From a virus, in IMG/VR virus record IMGVR_UViG_3300032236_001771, positions 100,077 through 135,187 of that record: 35,111 bases of DNA; one strand, written 5' to 3'. The notes under the pieces were generated by a model. That model was not told the DNA's origin, did not search any database, and saw only the letters and a list, made by a program, of their open reading frames with translations. The translations under genes and the position numbers were made by a program. Below are positions 1-9,224 of this stretch, piece by piece. The first letter of the stretch is position 1, and each line of letters opens with the position of its first letter.

Positions 1-1
1 T

Positions 2-592
2 GGTAATATTGATAAAAAAACGATTATTAAGTTCATTAATGATACGCCATTACAGGATACATATGAAGAAGTTCGTTCTGCGTATTATTGTGAGGATAGT
101 TACCTAACAGAAGCATATGGACATTTGAAAAGAAATCATCTTCGTGAATTCAAAGAAATGCTTGAAGAATATATTGAAGATGCTCATAAGTATTCAGGAG
201 AAAAGAATGTTCGTTCTGGGAAAACTATTTCTGCTGAACAACAAGTAGCAAAAGTAAAGTATAGTAAAACTTGTGAAGTTAATGGAGTAATTTATAATTC
301 TATTGAGCCAAAAGAATTAATTGGTAAAAGAGTTGCTTGTCTTTATGATCATCACCGAGAAAAGCTTTCAGTATATTATTCAACTGGATTTGTAGTCAAG
401 GGAAGTACTATTATTAATTTTGATCCAAATAAATCTTGGATGAAAAAACTTCGTAAACCAAATGAAATTTTAGATTATATTGTAGATAGTAGTCAAATTG
501 CCATTAATAATCTTTCTGGTAATTTGACAACTAAACCATATCCGCCAACTGGTCGGATTGGGTTGAACTATATTATTTTGAAGGTTTTTTAA
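2..592 (+). CDS. Hypothetical phage protein, 5'-truncated by window edge
   Basis: The frame of track ORF 125..592 is open from base 2 (GNIDKKTIIKFIND...TEAYGHLKRNHL), so the true start lies upstream of the window. Confidence 0.7.
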   Translation, partial: GNIDKKTIIKFINDTPLQDTYEEVRSAYYCEDSYLTEAYGHLKRNHLREFKEMLEEYIEDAHKYSGEKNVRSGKTISAEQQVAKVKYSKTCEVNGVIYNSIEPKELIGKRVACLYDHHREKLSVYYSTGFVVKGSTIINFDPNKSWMKKLRKPNEILDYIVDSSQIAINNLSGNLTTKPYPPTGRIGLNYIILKVF

Positions 593-759
593 TGGATATT
601 GATGAGTTAAGACTAAATAAAGGTGTGGCAATAATGTTTCCCGTTAGGGAGGAGAAGAAAAGGAAATCTATTTTTGGTATAAACAGAATGATTACTTTTC
701 TAAATTATGAATTAGATATTAAGATTAATATCTTTACGAGAAAGCGAAGAATGAAATAA
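592..759 (+). CDS. Small hypothetical protein, 55 aa (not in ORF track)
   Basis: ATG overlaps the previous stop (TAATG); translates as MDIDELRLNKGVAIMFPVREEKKRKSIFGINRMITFLNYELDIKINIFTRKRRMK; fills the gap in a tightly packed operon. Confidence 0.6.
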   Translation: MDIDELRLNKGVAIMFPVREEKKRKSIFGINRMITFLNYELDIKINIFTRKRRMK

Positions 760-784
760 ACCTCAACCCAAAAGGAAAAAACAG

Positions 785-1012
785 ATGGAAACCAACGTAA
801 TCATATATTTTTCAGTTTTTATTATTCTTGGATCATTTTTGGTTGGTTTTTTATTTGGTTGGTTTGGTAATGCTTATTTTGACAATTTTGTTCAAACCAA
901 ACATCAACATACACTTCACCCAGAATTATATGATGAAGATGGTGAACTATTAAACGAACAGCTTATTGCTTTTAGATTTGAAAATAATTATTTTGACGAA
1001 GACGAGGATTAA
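785..1012 (+). CDS. Small membrane protein, cyanophage-type hypothetical
   Basis: N-terminal hydrophobic helix, HPELYDEDG motif, acidic tail; AAGGA upstream; sits before RNase H as in T4-like cyanophages. Confidence 0.7.
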   Translation: METNVIIYFSVFIILGSFLVGFLFGWFGNAYFDNFVQTKHQHTLHPELYDEDGELLNEQLIAFRFENNYFDEDED

Positions 1013-1014
1013 AT

Positions 1015-1866
1015 ATGGCTGTTTTGGTTGATATGAATCAAATTATGATTAGTAATTTGATGGTTTCTATAAAACCTAATAATAATGATGATTTACAGGA
1101 AGACCTAATCCGCCATATGGTTATTTCTTCTCTTCGTCATTATGAGACTAAATTTCATAATGATTATGGAGAACTCATTCTTTGTTATGATAGTAAGCAT
1201 TATTGGCGTAAAGATTATTTCCCACATTATAAAGCTACCCGAAAAAAAGATAGGGAAGATTCTAAATTAAATTGGGGATTAATTTTTGATTGTTTGAATA
1301 AAATTCGTGATGAAATAAATGAAAATTTACATTATAAAGTAATTGAAGTATATGGTGCTGAAGCAGATGATATTATTGCTACTTTAACAAAATATTGTTC
1401 TAATCATATTAAAGAAAAAATTTTAATTCTTTCTGGTGATAAAGATATGGGACAACTTCAAAAGTATCCTGATGTTGAACAATTTAATCCTATTCAAAAA
1501 AAGTTTTTGATACAGGAAAATCCGAAACGATTTCTTAAAGAACATATTGTTAAAGGTGATAGAAGTGATGGAATTCCCAATTTTCTTTCTGATGATGATA
1601 GCTTTGTCTCTTCAAAAAGGCAAAGACCTATCAGCAAAAAGAATATAGATAAATGGATTGATTATGAACCAGAAAAATTTTGTAATACGGATCAATTAAG
1701 GAATTATCATCGGAATAAAACTTTAATTGATTTTGAATATATTCCAAAAGAACTTGAACAAACTATTTTGAAATCTTATATCAATAGTATGCAACACAAA
1801 AAAAGTGTAAAATTGAATTACTTTATTCAAAATAAATTAACTAAACTACTCGCTGAATTTAATTGA
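1015..1866 (+). CDS. rnh: T4-like RNase H (5'-3' exonuclease, FEN/PIN fold)
   Basis: LVDMNQ, YWRKDYFPHYKATRK, GAEADDIIA, SGDKD, KGDRSDGIPN motifs. Confidence 0.93.
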   Translation: MAVLVDMNQIMISNLMVSIKPNNNDDLQEDLIRHMVISSLRHYETKFHNDYGELILCYDSKHYWRKDYFPHYKATRKKDREDSKLNWGLIFDCLNKIRDEINENLHYKVIEVYGAEADDIIATLTKYCSNHIKEKILILSGDKDMGQLQKYPDVEQFNPIQKKFLIQENPKRFLKEHIVKGDRSDGIPNFLSDDDSFVSSKRQRPISKKNIDKWIDYEPEKFCNTDQLRNYHRNKTLIDFEYIPKELEQTILKSYINSMQHKKSVKLNYFIQNKLTKLLAEFN

Positions 1867-1873
1867 GGTAACT

Positions 1874-2314
1874 ATGTCTGAAAGTCTTTTAATATCTGAA
1901 ATCTTACAAAAAGTAAGTAACGCCAAAACTAAAGCAGAAAAAGCTGAACTTCTTCGCAAGTATAATTCTCCTGCTCTTAGACAGCTTTTGATTTGGAATT
2001 ATGATGATTCTGTAAAATCTGCAATTCCAGAAGGTGAAGTCCCTTATACTAAAAATGAAGCTCCTCCTGGTACTGAACATACTCGTTTAGAAAAAGAATA
2101 CAGAGTTTTTTATAATTTTGTTAAAGGAGGCAATGATAGTTTGCCTCGGGCACAAAAAGAAAATATGTTTATTCAGTTACTTGAAGGTCTTCATGAATCA
2201 GAAGCTGAAGTTGTGTGTCTTGTAAAAGATAAAGATTTACAAGCCAAATATAGGTTGACAAAAGCTGCAGTTCAAGAAGCATTTCCTGAAATCCAATGGG
2301 GTAATCGTAGTTGA
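1874..2314 (+). CDS. Conserved T4-like phage hypothetical protein
   Basis: GAGGT SD; LLISEIL...IPEGEVPY...MFIQLLEGLH pattern typical of the gene following rnh. Confidence 0.75.
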   Translation: MSESLLISEILQKVSNAKTKAEKAELLRKYNSPALRQLLIWNYDDSVKSAIPEGEVPYTKNEAPPGTEHTRLEKEYRVFYNFVKGGNDSLPRAQKENMFIQLLEGLHESEAEVVCLVKDKDLQAKYRLTKAAVQEAFPEIQWGNRS

Positions 2315-2320
2315 GGATAA

Positions 2321-2509
2321 TTGATGAGACTTAAAGATACTATAAGATTAGTAAAAATAGCTTTAAAAAATCCACATCTATATTCAGATGCTGAACTTCA
2401 ATATATGACTAAACAACTTGATACTGCTTTAATACAATTAGCTAGAAAAAAATTTTTAAAAAAGCAACAAAAAGGATTTGGATATCAAAATTATGAAACC
2501 AACGGTTAA
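2321..2509 (+). CDS. Small basic hypothetical protein
   Basis: GAGGA SD; NPHLYSDAELQYM...KGFG pattern; operon packing (start may be ATG 2324). Confidence 0.65.
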   Translation: MMRLKDTIRLVKIALKNPHLYSDAELQYMTKQLDTALIQLARKKFLKKQQKGFGYQNYETNG

Positions 2510-3185
2510 ACTTATTTCTGCTACACCTGATGCAGAAAAACATATTGCATATTGTGCTCGTGTAAGTAATCCCAAAAACCAAGATAATTCTAATTTTGAA
2601 GGTTTACTTAAATACTGTATTAAGCATCAACACTGGAGCATTTTTGAACATGCTTTTATGACGGTTGAAATTAATACTTCACTTGCAATTGCCACACAAA
2701 TTCTTCGCCATAGGAGTTTTACTTTTCAACAGTTTAGTCAAAGATACGCAGACAGCACAGAACTTCAACTAGAACTTCCAGTTCCTGATCTCAGAAGACA
2801 GGACATAAAGAATAGGCAAAATTCCACAGACGATCTTGGAGATTATGTAAAACTTGGTCTTCAAGAAGAAATTCGTAAGCACTTTGATTATTCTTTGAAA
2901 CTTTATAATAAGATGCTTGAAAAAGGTGTTGCGAAGGAATGTGCCCGTTTTGTGCTTCCACAGGCAACACAGACCCGTCTCTATATGTCGGGCAGTCTTC
3001 GTAGTTGGATGCATTACGTAGACCTTAGAAGTGCCCATGGCACCCAGGCCGAGCATATGGATGTTGCTGAAGCAATCAAATGTATTTTTTGTTGTCAGTA
3101 TCCAACTATTGCTTCAGCTCTTGATTGGGTAAGAGGTGAAAATTGTCCAGAATGTGTAGATGCTCCCTCAATTAGGATTGATTAA
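2493..3185 (+). CDS. thyX: FAD-dependent thymidylate synthase ThyX
   Basis: Signature RHRSFTFQQFSQRY, plus HWSIFEH and AKECARFVLP; start taken as ATG 2493 (MKPTVKLIS). Confidence 0.95.
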   Translation: MKPTVKLISATPDAEKHIAYCARVSNPKNQDNSNFEGLLKYCIKHQHWSIFEHAFMTVEINTSLAIATQILRHRSFTFQQFSQRYADSTELQLELPVPDLRRQDIKNRQNSTDDLGDYVKLGLQEEIRKHFDYSLKLYNKMLEKGVAKECARFVLPQATQTRLYMSGSLRSWMHYVDLRSAHGTQAEHMDVAEAIKCIFCCQYPTIASALDWVRGENCPECVDAPSIRID

Positions 3186-3186
3186 T

Positions 3187-3420
3187 ATGCCATTGTATGA
3201 TTTTGAAAATATAGAAACTGGTGAAAGATTTGAAAAATCATTTACCATATCTGATAAAGAAAAATATCTTGAAGAAAATAAAAGTATTAAACAAATACAC
3301 ACTTCAGGACTTAATGCAGTATCAGATCCTGGAATAAAAAATAAAGTTCCAGATGGAATGAGAACTCTTCTTAGAGGAATTAAAAAAGCTAATCGCGGTT
3401 CAAACTTTAACACTCACTAA
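3187..3420 (+). CDS. FmdB-like small protein (zinc-ribbon-like, Cys-less)
   Basis: MPLYDFENIETGERFE N-terminus; AGGA upstream of ATG 3187; directly precedes phoH. Confidence 0.65.
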   Translation: MPLYDFENIETGERFEKSFTISDKEKYLEENKSIKQIHTSGLNAVSDPGIKNKVPDGMRTLLRGIKKANRGSNFNTH

Positions 3421-3426
3421 AATCAA

Positions 3427-4182
3427 ATGGCAAGACGTAAAAGAACAGAAAATTTTACCGACGTTCCTGCAAAAACAATGCGAAGAAAAAAACCAATTAA
3501 TTCTGACCATCTAATTAATATAGAACCACTAACAGAAAACCAAGAAAAAGTTTTTGAAGCTTATGCTAATAATAAGAATCTTTTTCTTTGTGGTTCGGCG
3601 GGCACTGGCAAGACGTTCATTACAATTTATCTTGCACTAAAAGAAATTCTTTCGGCTACAACTCCTTACGAAAAACTTTATATTGTAAGAAGTTTAGTGC
3701 CTACAAGAGAAATTGGTTTCCTTCCTGGCAGTCATGATGATAAAGCATCTCTTTATCAAATACCATATAAGAATATGGTAAAACATATGTTCAAAATGTC
3801 AAGCGAAGATGCTTTTGAAGTATTGTATGAGAATTTAAAAACTCAAGAAACAATTAGTTTTTGGAGTACATCATTTCTTCGTGGAGTAACATTAGATAAT
3901 GCAATTATTTTAATTGATGAATGCCAAAATTTAACTTTTCATGAGTTAGATTCTATTATTACTCGTGTAGGTATTGATTCTAAAATTATATTCTGTGGAG
4001 ATACTGCTCAAAGTGATTTGTTAAAACAATATGAAAGAACAGGTGCCCATGATTTTATTAAAATTGTACATGCTATGGAGTCATTTGAAATGGTTGAATT
4101 TGGTATTCAAGATGTCTGTCGTTCTGGATTAGTTAAAGAATATTTAATTGCCAAACATAATATGGGGTTGAATCCACAATAA
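3427..4182 (+). CDS. phoH: PhoH-family ATPase
   Basis: Walker A GSAGTGKT, EIGFLPG, FLRGVTL, IDECQN, CGDTAQSDL, VCRSGLVK. Confidence 0.95.
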   Translation: MARRKRTENFTDVPAKTMRRKKPINSDHLINIEPLTENQEKVFEAYANNKNLFLCGSAGTGKTFITIYLALKEILSATTPYEKLYIVRSLVPTREIGFLPGSHDDKASLYQIPYKNMVKHMFKMSSEDAFEVLYENLKTQETISFWSTSFLRGVTLDNAIILIDECQNLTFHELDSIITRVGIDSKIIFCGDTAQSDLLKQYERTGAHDFIKIVHAMESFEMVEFGIQDVCRSGLVKEYLIAKHNMGLNPQ

Positions 4183-4868
4183 TGTTTAATTATGTTGGTA
4201 CTCCAGTAGAACTGGTTGAACTTGAAGCAGAAATGATTGATGGTACTAGATACTATACTATTCCTAATGGTAATAAGTATCCATCAATCACTTCTGTTTT
4301 GTCCCTTCAATCTAAAGAAGGTATTGAGCGATGGAAACGTAGAATTGGCAAAAAAGAAGCAGAAAAACAATCATATCGTGCTGCTACTCGTGGTACTGCC
4401 ATGCACTCAATTATTGAAAATTATCTACAAAATAACTACAATCCGACTGAGTTTATTGCCCATCCTTTAGCACAAATGTTATTTGGGATATGTAAGCCAG
4501 TATTAAGTCGGATAAATAATATACATATGCAAGAAGCTCCTCTTTATTCTGATGTATTAAAGATTGCTGGTCGGGTTGATTGTATTGCTGAATTTGATGG
4601 TGTGTTATCTATTATTGATTTTAAGACATCAAAAAAAGAAAAAGAGGAAAGATATATTTTAAATTATTTTGTACAAGAATCGGCGTATGCAGCGATGTAC
4701 TACGAAAGAACTGGAGTTGCTGTAAAGCAATTAGTTACCATTATTGCTGGAGAGGATGGTGGTTGTCAAGTATTTGTTAAAAATGATGTGTTTGGATATT
4801 TGAAAATTTTAAAAAGTTACATTAATCAATTTAATGAGTATAGACAAAATCAATTAGTTGTGGTATAA
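4182..4868 (+). CDS. PD-(D/E)XK exonuclease (cyanophage exonuclease A-like)
   Basis: YPSITSVL, RGTAMH, AGRVDC, IIDFKTS, YFVQESAYA motifs. Confidence 0.85.
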   Translation: MFNYVGTPVELVELEAEMIDGTRYYTIPNGNKYPSITSVLSLQSKEGIERWKRRIGKKEAEKQSYRAATRGTAMHSIIENYLQNNYNPTEFIAHPLAQMLFGICKPVLSRINNIHMQEAPLYSDVLKIAGRVDCIAEFDGVLSIIDFKTSKKEKEERYILNYFVQESAYAAMYYERTGVAVKQLVTIIAGEDGGCQVFVKNDVFGYLKILKSYINQFNEYRQNQLVVV

Positions 4869-4869
4869 T
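4841..4869 (+). promoter_or_regulatory. Sigma70-type promoter
   Basis: TAGACA (4841-4846), 17 nt spacer, TATAAT (4864-4869) with extended TG. Confidence 0.5.
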
Positions 4870-5127
4870 ATGGAAGACAACTTAGATGAGATTTTAAATA
4901 CTAAATTTATGACAGCAACAAAATTTTCTATGGATATAGAGAATTTGGTAAAAGAAAGTAAAAATCAAAGTTATATTGATGTGATTGTTGAATATTGCTT
5001 AATCAATGACATTGAAATTGAATCTGTTTCCAAATTAATTTCCAAGCCATTAAAAGAAAAGATCAAAGCCGATGCAATAAGACTTAATTATATGAAAAAA
5101 ACATCAAGAGGTGTTTTGCCATTTTGA
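4870..5127 (+). CDS. gp33: Late-promoter transcription co-activator gp33
   Basis: KFSMDIE...YIDVIVEYC...LISKPLKEKIKADA...RGVLPF; synteny exonuclease-33-59-32. Confidence 0.85.
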   Translation: MEDNLDEILNTKFMTATKFSMDIENLVKESKNQSYIDVIVEYCLINDIEIESVSKLISKPLKEKIKADAIRLNYMKKTSRGVLPF

Positions 5128-5726
5128 CAGGGTTTGAGTCTTATCAAATGTATCTTGGAATCAAGACGCATTTTAAAAACGAAAAATATGATTATTTTAA
5201 GTTTAATGGTAAGACCAAAGCTAAATTAGAATCTTTTGAAAAAAGAAATGATCGGTATTTTTTTAAAAAATTAAGTTTAAAATATAATGGAGATGAATTA
5301 AAAAATTTTTATGTTTCTAATTTTATAAAGGATGATTTTTGGATAGGAACTTTAGCTAAAACTGGTGAGACTAATTACATAGAATGGAAAAAGAAAATTG
5401 AATCCATTAGTTATTTTTTTGAACAGGATGTTGATTGTTTATTGGAATCAGTAGATAAGTTTGATGACTTGTTTACTTGTCCAAGCAATCAACATCCTGT
5501 TCTTTTAAAGTATTATTTGTCAAATAAAATTTCCTTAGAAACATTGACAGTATTTAATGTTAAGTTTAGTTTTGTTAAACAGTTTGATATTGATATTAAA
5601 GAGACTGTTGTTTGGCCTGGAATAAAATTAAAGATTGAAAAGTATTTTCCTTTTTTAGATATCAATTACACAAATCTTAACTTTGTATTAAAACGAAAGG
5701 TCTTGGGCTTGACATCGCAGAACTGA
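5124..5726 (+). CDS. gp59: Helicase loader gp59
   Basis: YQMYLGIKTHF..EKYDYFKFNGK..FEKRNDRYFFKKL; lies between gp33 and gp32. Confidence 0.88.
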   Translation: MTGFESYQMYLGIKTHFKNEKYDYFKFNGKTKAKLESFEKRNDRYFFKKLSLKYNGDELKNFYVSNFIKDDFWIGTLAKTGETNYIEWKKKIESISYFFEQDVDCLLESVDKFDDLFTCPSNQHPVLLKYYLSNKISLETLTVFNVKFSFVKQFDIDIKETVVWPGIKLKIEKYFPFLDINYTNLNFVLKRKVLGLTSQN

Positions 5727-5737
5727 TATGCTATAAT
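5709..5737 (+). promoter_or_regulatory. Consensus sigma70 (early) promoter for gene 32
   Basis: TTGACA (5709-5714), 17 nt spacer, TGcTATAAT (-10 at 5732-5737). Confidence 0.85.
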
Positions 5738-5802
5738 GGTTTTGTTGGGGTGGAGAACCAAAACACACAACACATAAAAACAAATTATACGGAGAAATAT
5801 TA

Positions 5803-6693
5803 ATGTCTTTTGCCTCACTTAAAACTCAATCACAATCAAACTTTGCATCTCTTACTAAAGAGCTAGAGAAGATTGCTAATCCAGAATCTGGTGGTGCTGA
5901 TGATAGGCTTTGGAAGCCAACAATGAATAAAGGGGATACTGGTTCTGCTGTTATTCGTTTTCTTCCTGCTCCTGAGGGAGAAGAACTTCCTTGGGCTAAA
6001 GTTTGGAGTCATGCATTTCAAGGCCCTGGTGGATGGTTGATTGATAATTGTGCTACAACTATTGGTGAAAAATGTCCTGTATGTGAGGAAAATTCTAAAC
6101 TTTGGAACTCTGGACAAGAAAAGGACAAAGAAGTTGCTCGCAAACAAAAGCGTAAGCTTTCTTATTATGCAAACATCTTTGTGATTCAAGATCAAGCAAA
6201 TCCAGATAAAGAAGGAAAGGTTTTTCTGTACAAATTTGGCAAGAAAATTTTTGACAAAATTATGGAATCAATGCAACCTGCATTTGCTGATGAAGAACCA
6301 ATCAATCCTTTTGATTTTTGGAAAGGTGCTGATTTTAAATTGAAGATTCGCAAAGTTGATGGATATTGGAATTATGATAAATCAGAATTTGCATCTCCAT
6401 CAGTTCTTGGTAATCAATCAGATGATGTTCTAGAAAAGATTTGGAAAACTCAATATTCTCTAACTGAGTTTACCAACAAGAGTAACTTTAAGAGTTATGA
6501 AGAAACTAGTAAGCGACTTCAAGCAGTTCTTAGTGGTTCTGTATCACCTAGGATTGATTATGAAACTGAAGAACTAGAAAGTGAATGGAAATCTTCTATT
6601 GAAGAATCTATTAAAACTCCTAGTTATACACCATCTGCAACAGAAGAAGATGATGATTTGTCGTATTTTGCCCGTCTAGCTAGCGAAGATTGA
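5803..6693 (+). CDS. gp32: Single-stranded DNA-binding protein gp32
   Basis: DDRLWKP, AVIRFLPAP, zinc ligands H..C...CPVC, KFGKKIFDKI, YWNYDKSEF, acidic tail DDDLSYFARLA; GGAGA SD. Confidence 0.96.
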   Translation: MSFASLKTQSQSNFASLTKELEKIANPESGGADDRLWKPTMNKGDTGSAVIRFLPAPEGEELPWAKVWSHAFQGPGGWLIDNCATTIGEKCPVCEENSKLWNSGQEKDKEVARKQKRKLSYYANIFVIQDQANPDKEGKVFLYKFGKKIFDKIMESMQPAFADEEPINPFDFWKGADFKLKIRKVDGYWNYDKSEFASPSVLGNQSDDVLEKIWKTQYSLTEFTNKSNFKSYEETSKRLQAVLSGSVSPRIDYETEELESEWKSSIEESIKTPSYTPSATEEDDDLSYFARLASED

Positions 6694-6699
6694 TTTATT

Positions 6700-6721
6700 G
6701 GGGGCTAAAGCCCCCTTTTTT
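6700..6721 (+). terminator. Rho-independent terminator between convergent gp32 and gp53
   Basis: GGGGGC-TAAA-GCCCCC followed by a T run. Confidence 0.85.
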
Positions 6722-7379
6722 ATATCTTAGGAAGAATTCCTGATGCAGTAGTTTTTAATGTAGATGAAACAACATTAGGTGCTTTAGTATCATATTTTAA
6801 TAAAGAAGTAATTTCATTGACAAACATTGTCAGGTAATTGGGGTTTAATAATTGGATGTATCTATTTTTTTCATTTAATGAAATTTCATAATCATAATTA
6901 GTTACTGGGATAGTAATTTGATTTCCAGTTTTGGTGTATGTTACATTACCATCAGTATAGGTAAAAGAAAAAGTAGAATCAACTTGTAATCCAGCAGGAA
7001 GAAGAATATTACCAGCAGAATTTTTAATTTCTAAAGTTTCATAATGATGTGTGGAGTATGTGTTTTCTGCATACTTATAGAAAACATATTGGTCCAAAGC
7101 AGAAGCAGATTTTGGCCATTGATCATAAAAATTAATTAGTCTATTATTACAAATAATTACAACCCAATCATAATAAGAATCACCATATAAGTTATATGCT
7201 ATTGTATCTGGTCTATCACCATCTTTAATAATATAAGTATCAAAAATAGTAACATACTTAGAAGCTAATTTTGAAAATACACTTCTTGTAAATAAATTTT
7301 TTACAAGAATATTTTCTCCTTGATAAGGATTATTTGAATATTTAAGATATTGTAAATCTGGGAGTAATTTGAAGTACAT
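6720..7379 (-). CDS. gp53: Baseplate wedge protein gp53
   Basis: YFKLLPDLQY, LysM-like IKDGDRPDTIAYNLYGDSYYDWV, HHYET, VTNYDYE..LNE..R.I.LL. Confidence 0.88.
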   Translation of the reverse strand: MYFKLLPDLQYLKYSNNPYQGENILVKNLFTRSVFSKLASKYVTIFDTYIIKDGDRPDTIAYNLYGDSYYDWVVIICNNRLINFYDQWPKSASALDQYVFYKYAENTYSTHHYETLEIKNSAGNILLPAGLQVDSTFSFTYTDGNVTYTKTGNQITIPVTNYDYEISLNEKNRYIQLLNPNYLTMFVNEITSLLKYDTKAPNVVSSTLKTTASGILPKI

Positions 7380-8542
7380 TAGAAGATAGCTCCGTTTTGA
7401 CTATAATCTGAATTAAGATTTCCTGTAAAATCACTTCCAATTAGACTGCTATTTTGAATTTGGTCAGCAGTAAGAGGAGTAAGTTCTTTAAATGAAATAT
7501 CCATTTGTATTGCTGGAATTGCACCATCAGTTAATGTTGTAAAAAGAGAACTTGGTGTGTAATTTAATTTTAAATCTGTTATTGCACAATATTTTGTTTT
7601 TGGTATATATTGATTATCTTTAGATCCAATTTTATATGTTATAATCCAAAGTTTTGGATATTTTAATACTGGTGGTCTAGCGTTGGGGATATTTAAAGCT
7701 TGTCCCTCAACTACATCTATTGCTTTAGCCGGATGCATTCCAAGTTTAAATACATTTATTATTTGATTAATTTGCTTTTGTTCTGGTTGATTTCTTGCTA
7801 CAAATAAAAATGAATAACTAAAAGTTCTTAAATTTATATTTGTAAATGTAGAAAATTCATTTTTATTATAAATTAATCCGGTAGTTAATCCTATTAATTG
7901 TTCTCCTGTTAAATTTGCACCTGGAAGTTTTTCTAAAATTGTTGCTAAACTTTCAACTCCTTTACTTACAGCAGTGTTGTAAATATTTTCAGTTCCTTTT
8001 GCTCCAGATGCAATTGGTCCCAACGATGCTTGGCCCCAGTTAGCTCCATAACTAACATTAATACTTGGGGGAACATATAATTTTATAATATCTTTAGAAT
8101 ATGGTTGAATGCTTGATGTTAATGATATAGCTTTTTGTGCAAAATCACTAATATTAGCATCACCAAAACTAGATGTTTTATAAATTTCATTTGATTTTTG
8201 AATGTCAGAAAAATCAAATGATTTAAATTGAATATAAGTTTGATTTGACTTATTTTCTCCCAAATTGCTTGGATATGAGTAATTAGTACTACTTAATGTA
8301 TTCTGTATACTTGATAAAGTTGGATCAAACAAAGAATTTAAAATTGATGCTGTTCCAGTAGTTAAATTTTGAATTGGAGCTATTGGAGTAAGCAAATGAT
8401 TTCCATTTGTATCAAGTTCACTTAATCCAACTTGTGCTCTTATAATATTTTCTGTAATGGCATCTGGTGATGGAATAATTTTTCCACTATTTGTGTCTAT
8501 AGTATATGCTGTACCGCTATAATTTACAAATTTGATTGCCAT
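7379..8542 (-). CDS. gp48: Baseplate tail-tube cap gp48
   Basis: IKLYVPPSI.VSYGANW, LRTFSYSFLFVARNQPE...I..II..FK..MHP, CAITDLKLNYTP, ISFKELTP. Confidence 0.82.
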   Translation of the reverse strand: MAIKFVNYSGTAYTIDTNSGKIIPSPDAITENIIRAQVGLSELDTNGNHLLTPIAPIQNLTTGTASILNSLFDPTLSSIQNTLSSTNYSYPSNLGENKSNQTYIQFKSFDFSDIQKSNEIYKTSSFGDANISDFAQKAISLTSSIQPYSKDIIKLYVPPSINVSYGANWGQASLGPIASGAKGTENIYNTAVSKGVESLATILEKLPGANLTGEQLIGLTTGLIYNKNEFSTFTNINLRTFSYSFLFVARNQPEQKQINQIINVFKLGMHPAKAIDVVEGQALNIPNARPPVLKYPKLWIITYKIGSKDNQYIPKTKYCAITDLKLNYTPSSLFTTLTDGAIPAIQMDISFKELTPLTADQIQNSSLIGSDFTGNLNSDYSQNGAIF

Positions 8543-8549
8543 TTAATTC

Positions 8550-9224
8550 CTACTGTACTGGGTAAAGTTCTCTTTGTTTTGCAGATGTTTTGGTTGCCAT
8601 AAATTTCCAAACAGATCCATTTGGTATACTTTTTCTAACTCCACCAATATCTCTCCAAAATTGTTCTATGGGTAGTTCAATGGCAATATTCCAATTACTT
8701 GGAGTAATTTCAACAACTTCACTCTTTACATATTTAGCTAAGTATCTATGGAATGTAAATCCAGGTGCTTGGGCATTTCCTGTATTTCTTATATCATTTA
8801 AAAAGTTTAATCTAGGTCTATTTTTAGTTCTTTGATCTGGTCTAGGTAAATAATGTAAATTAATTCCTGTAAACCCTGGACCTTCTTCATCAACTGCTGG
8901 ATTAAATTTACTATCAATAACATAAATTAAAGGTAATGCATCATAAACTTGAAGTGTATATTTATATTTTGGATCATAATAATAAAACATACAAAGTTTA
9001 CCCGGAAGTGGTGCTCTACTGACTAAATTAGCAGTTGATTTATTTTGAGCATCAAATTTTCCAGATATTTCATCTTTAACTATTTTAAGGGGATTATTAA
9101 CATATCCCATTTCAATAGCTAATTCTAATACTCTATTTTTATACCAATCAAAATATTTAAAAGTCGGTTTTTTTCCTAACTCTTGAGCTTCCTCATAAAT
9201 TTGTTCAAAGATTGTTTTAGACAT
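8550..9224 (-). CDS. gp2: DNA end protector protein gp2
   Basis: PGKLCMFYYYDPKYK..L.VYDALPL, GFTGINLHYL, AIELPIEQF; lies between gp4 and gp48. Confidence 0.8.
   Translation of the reverse strand: MSKTIFEQIYEEAQELGKKPTFKYFDWYKNRVLELAIEMGYVNNPLKIVKDEISGKFDAQNKSTANLVSRAPLPGKLCMFYYYDPKYKYTLQVYDALPLIYVIDSKFNPAVDEEGPGFTGINLHYLPRPDQRTKNRPRLNFLNDIRNTGNAQAPGFTFHRYLAKYVKSEVVEITPSNWNIAIELPIEQFWRDIGGVRKSIPNGSVWKFMATKTSAKQRELYPVQ

Noticed and set aside
2769-3413. Minus-strand ORFs 2769..3056 and 3168..3413
   Set aside because: Lie opposite thyX and the FmdB-like gene; no SD or recognisable motif
2493-4182. Intron or intein in thyX or phoH
   Set aside because: Both ORFs are continuous and of ordinary length
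4182-4868. Cas4 assignment for the exonuclease
   Set aside because: PD-(D/E)XK core is present, but there is no C-terminal Fe-S cysteine cluster or CRISPR context
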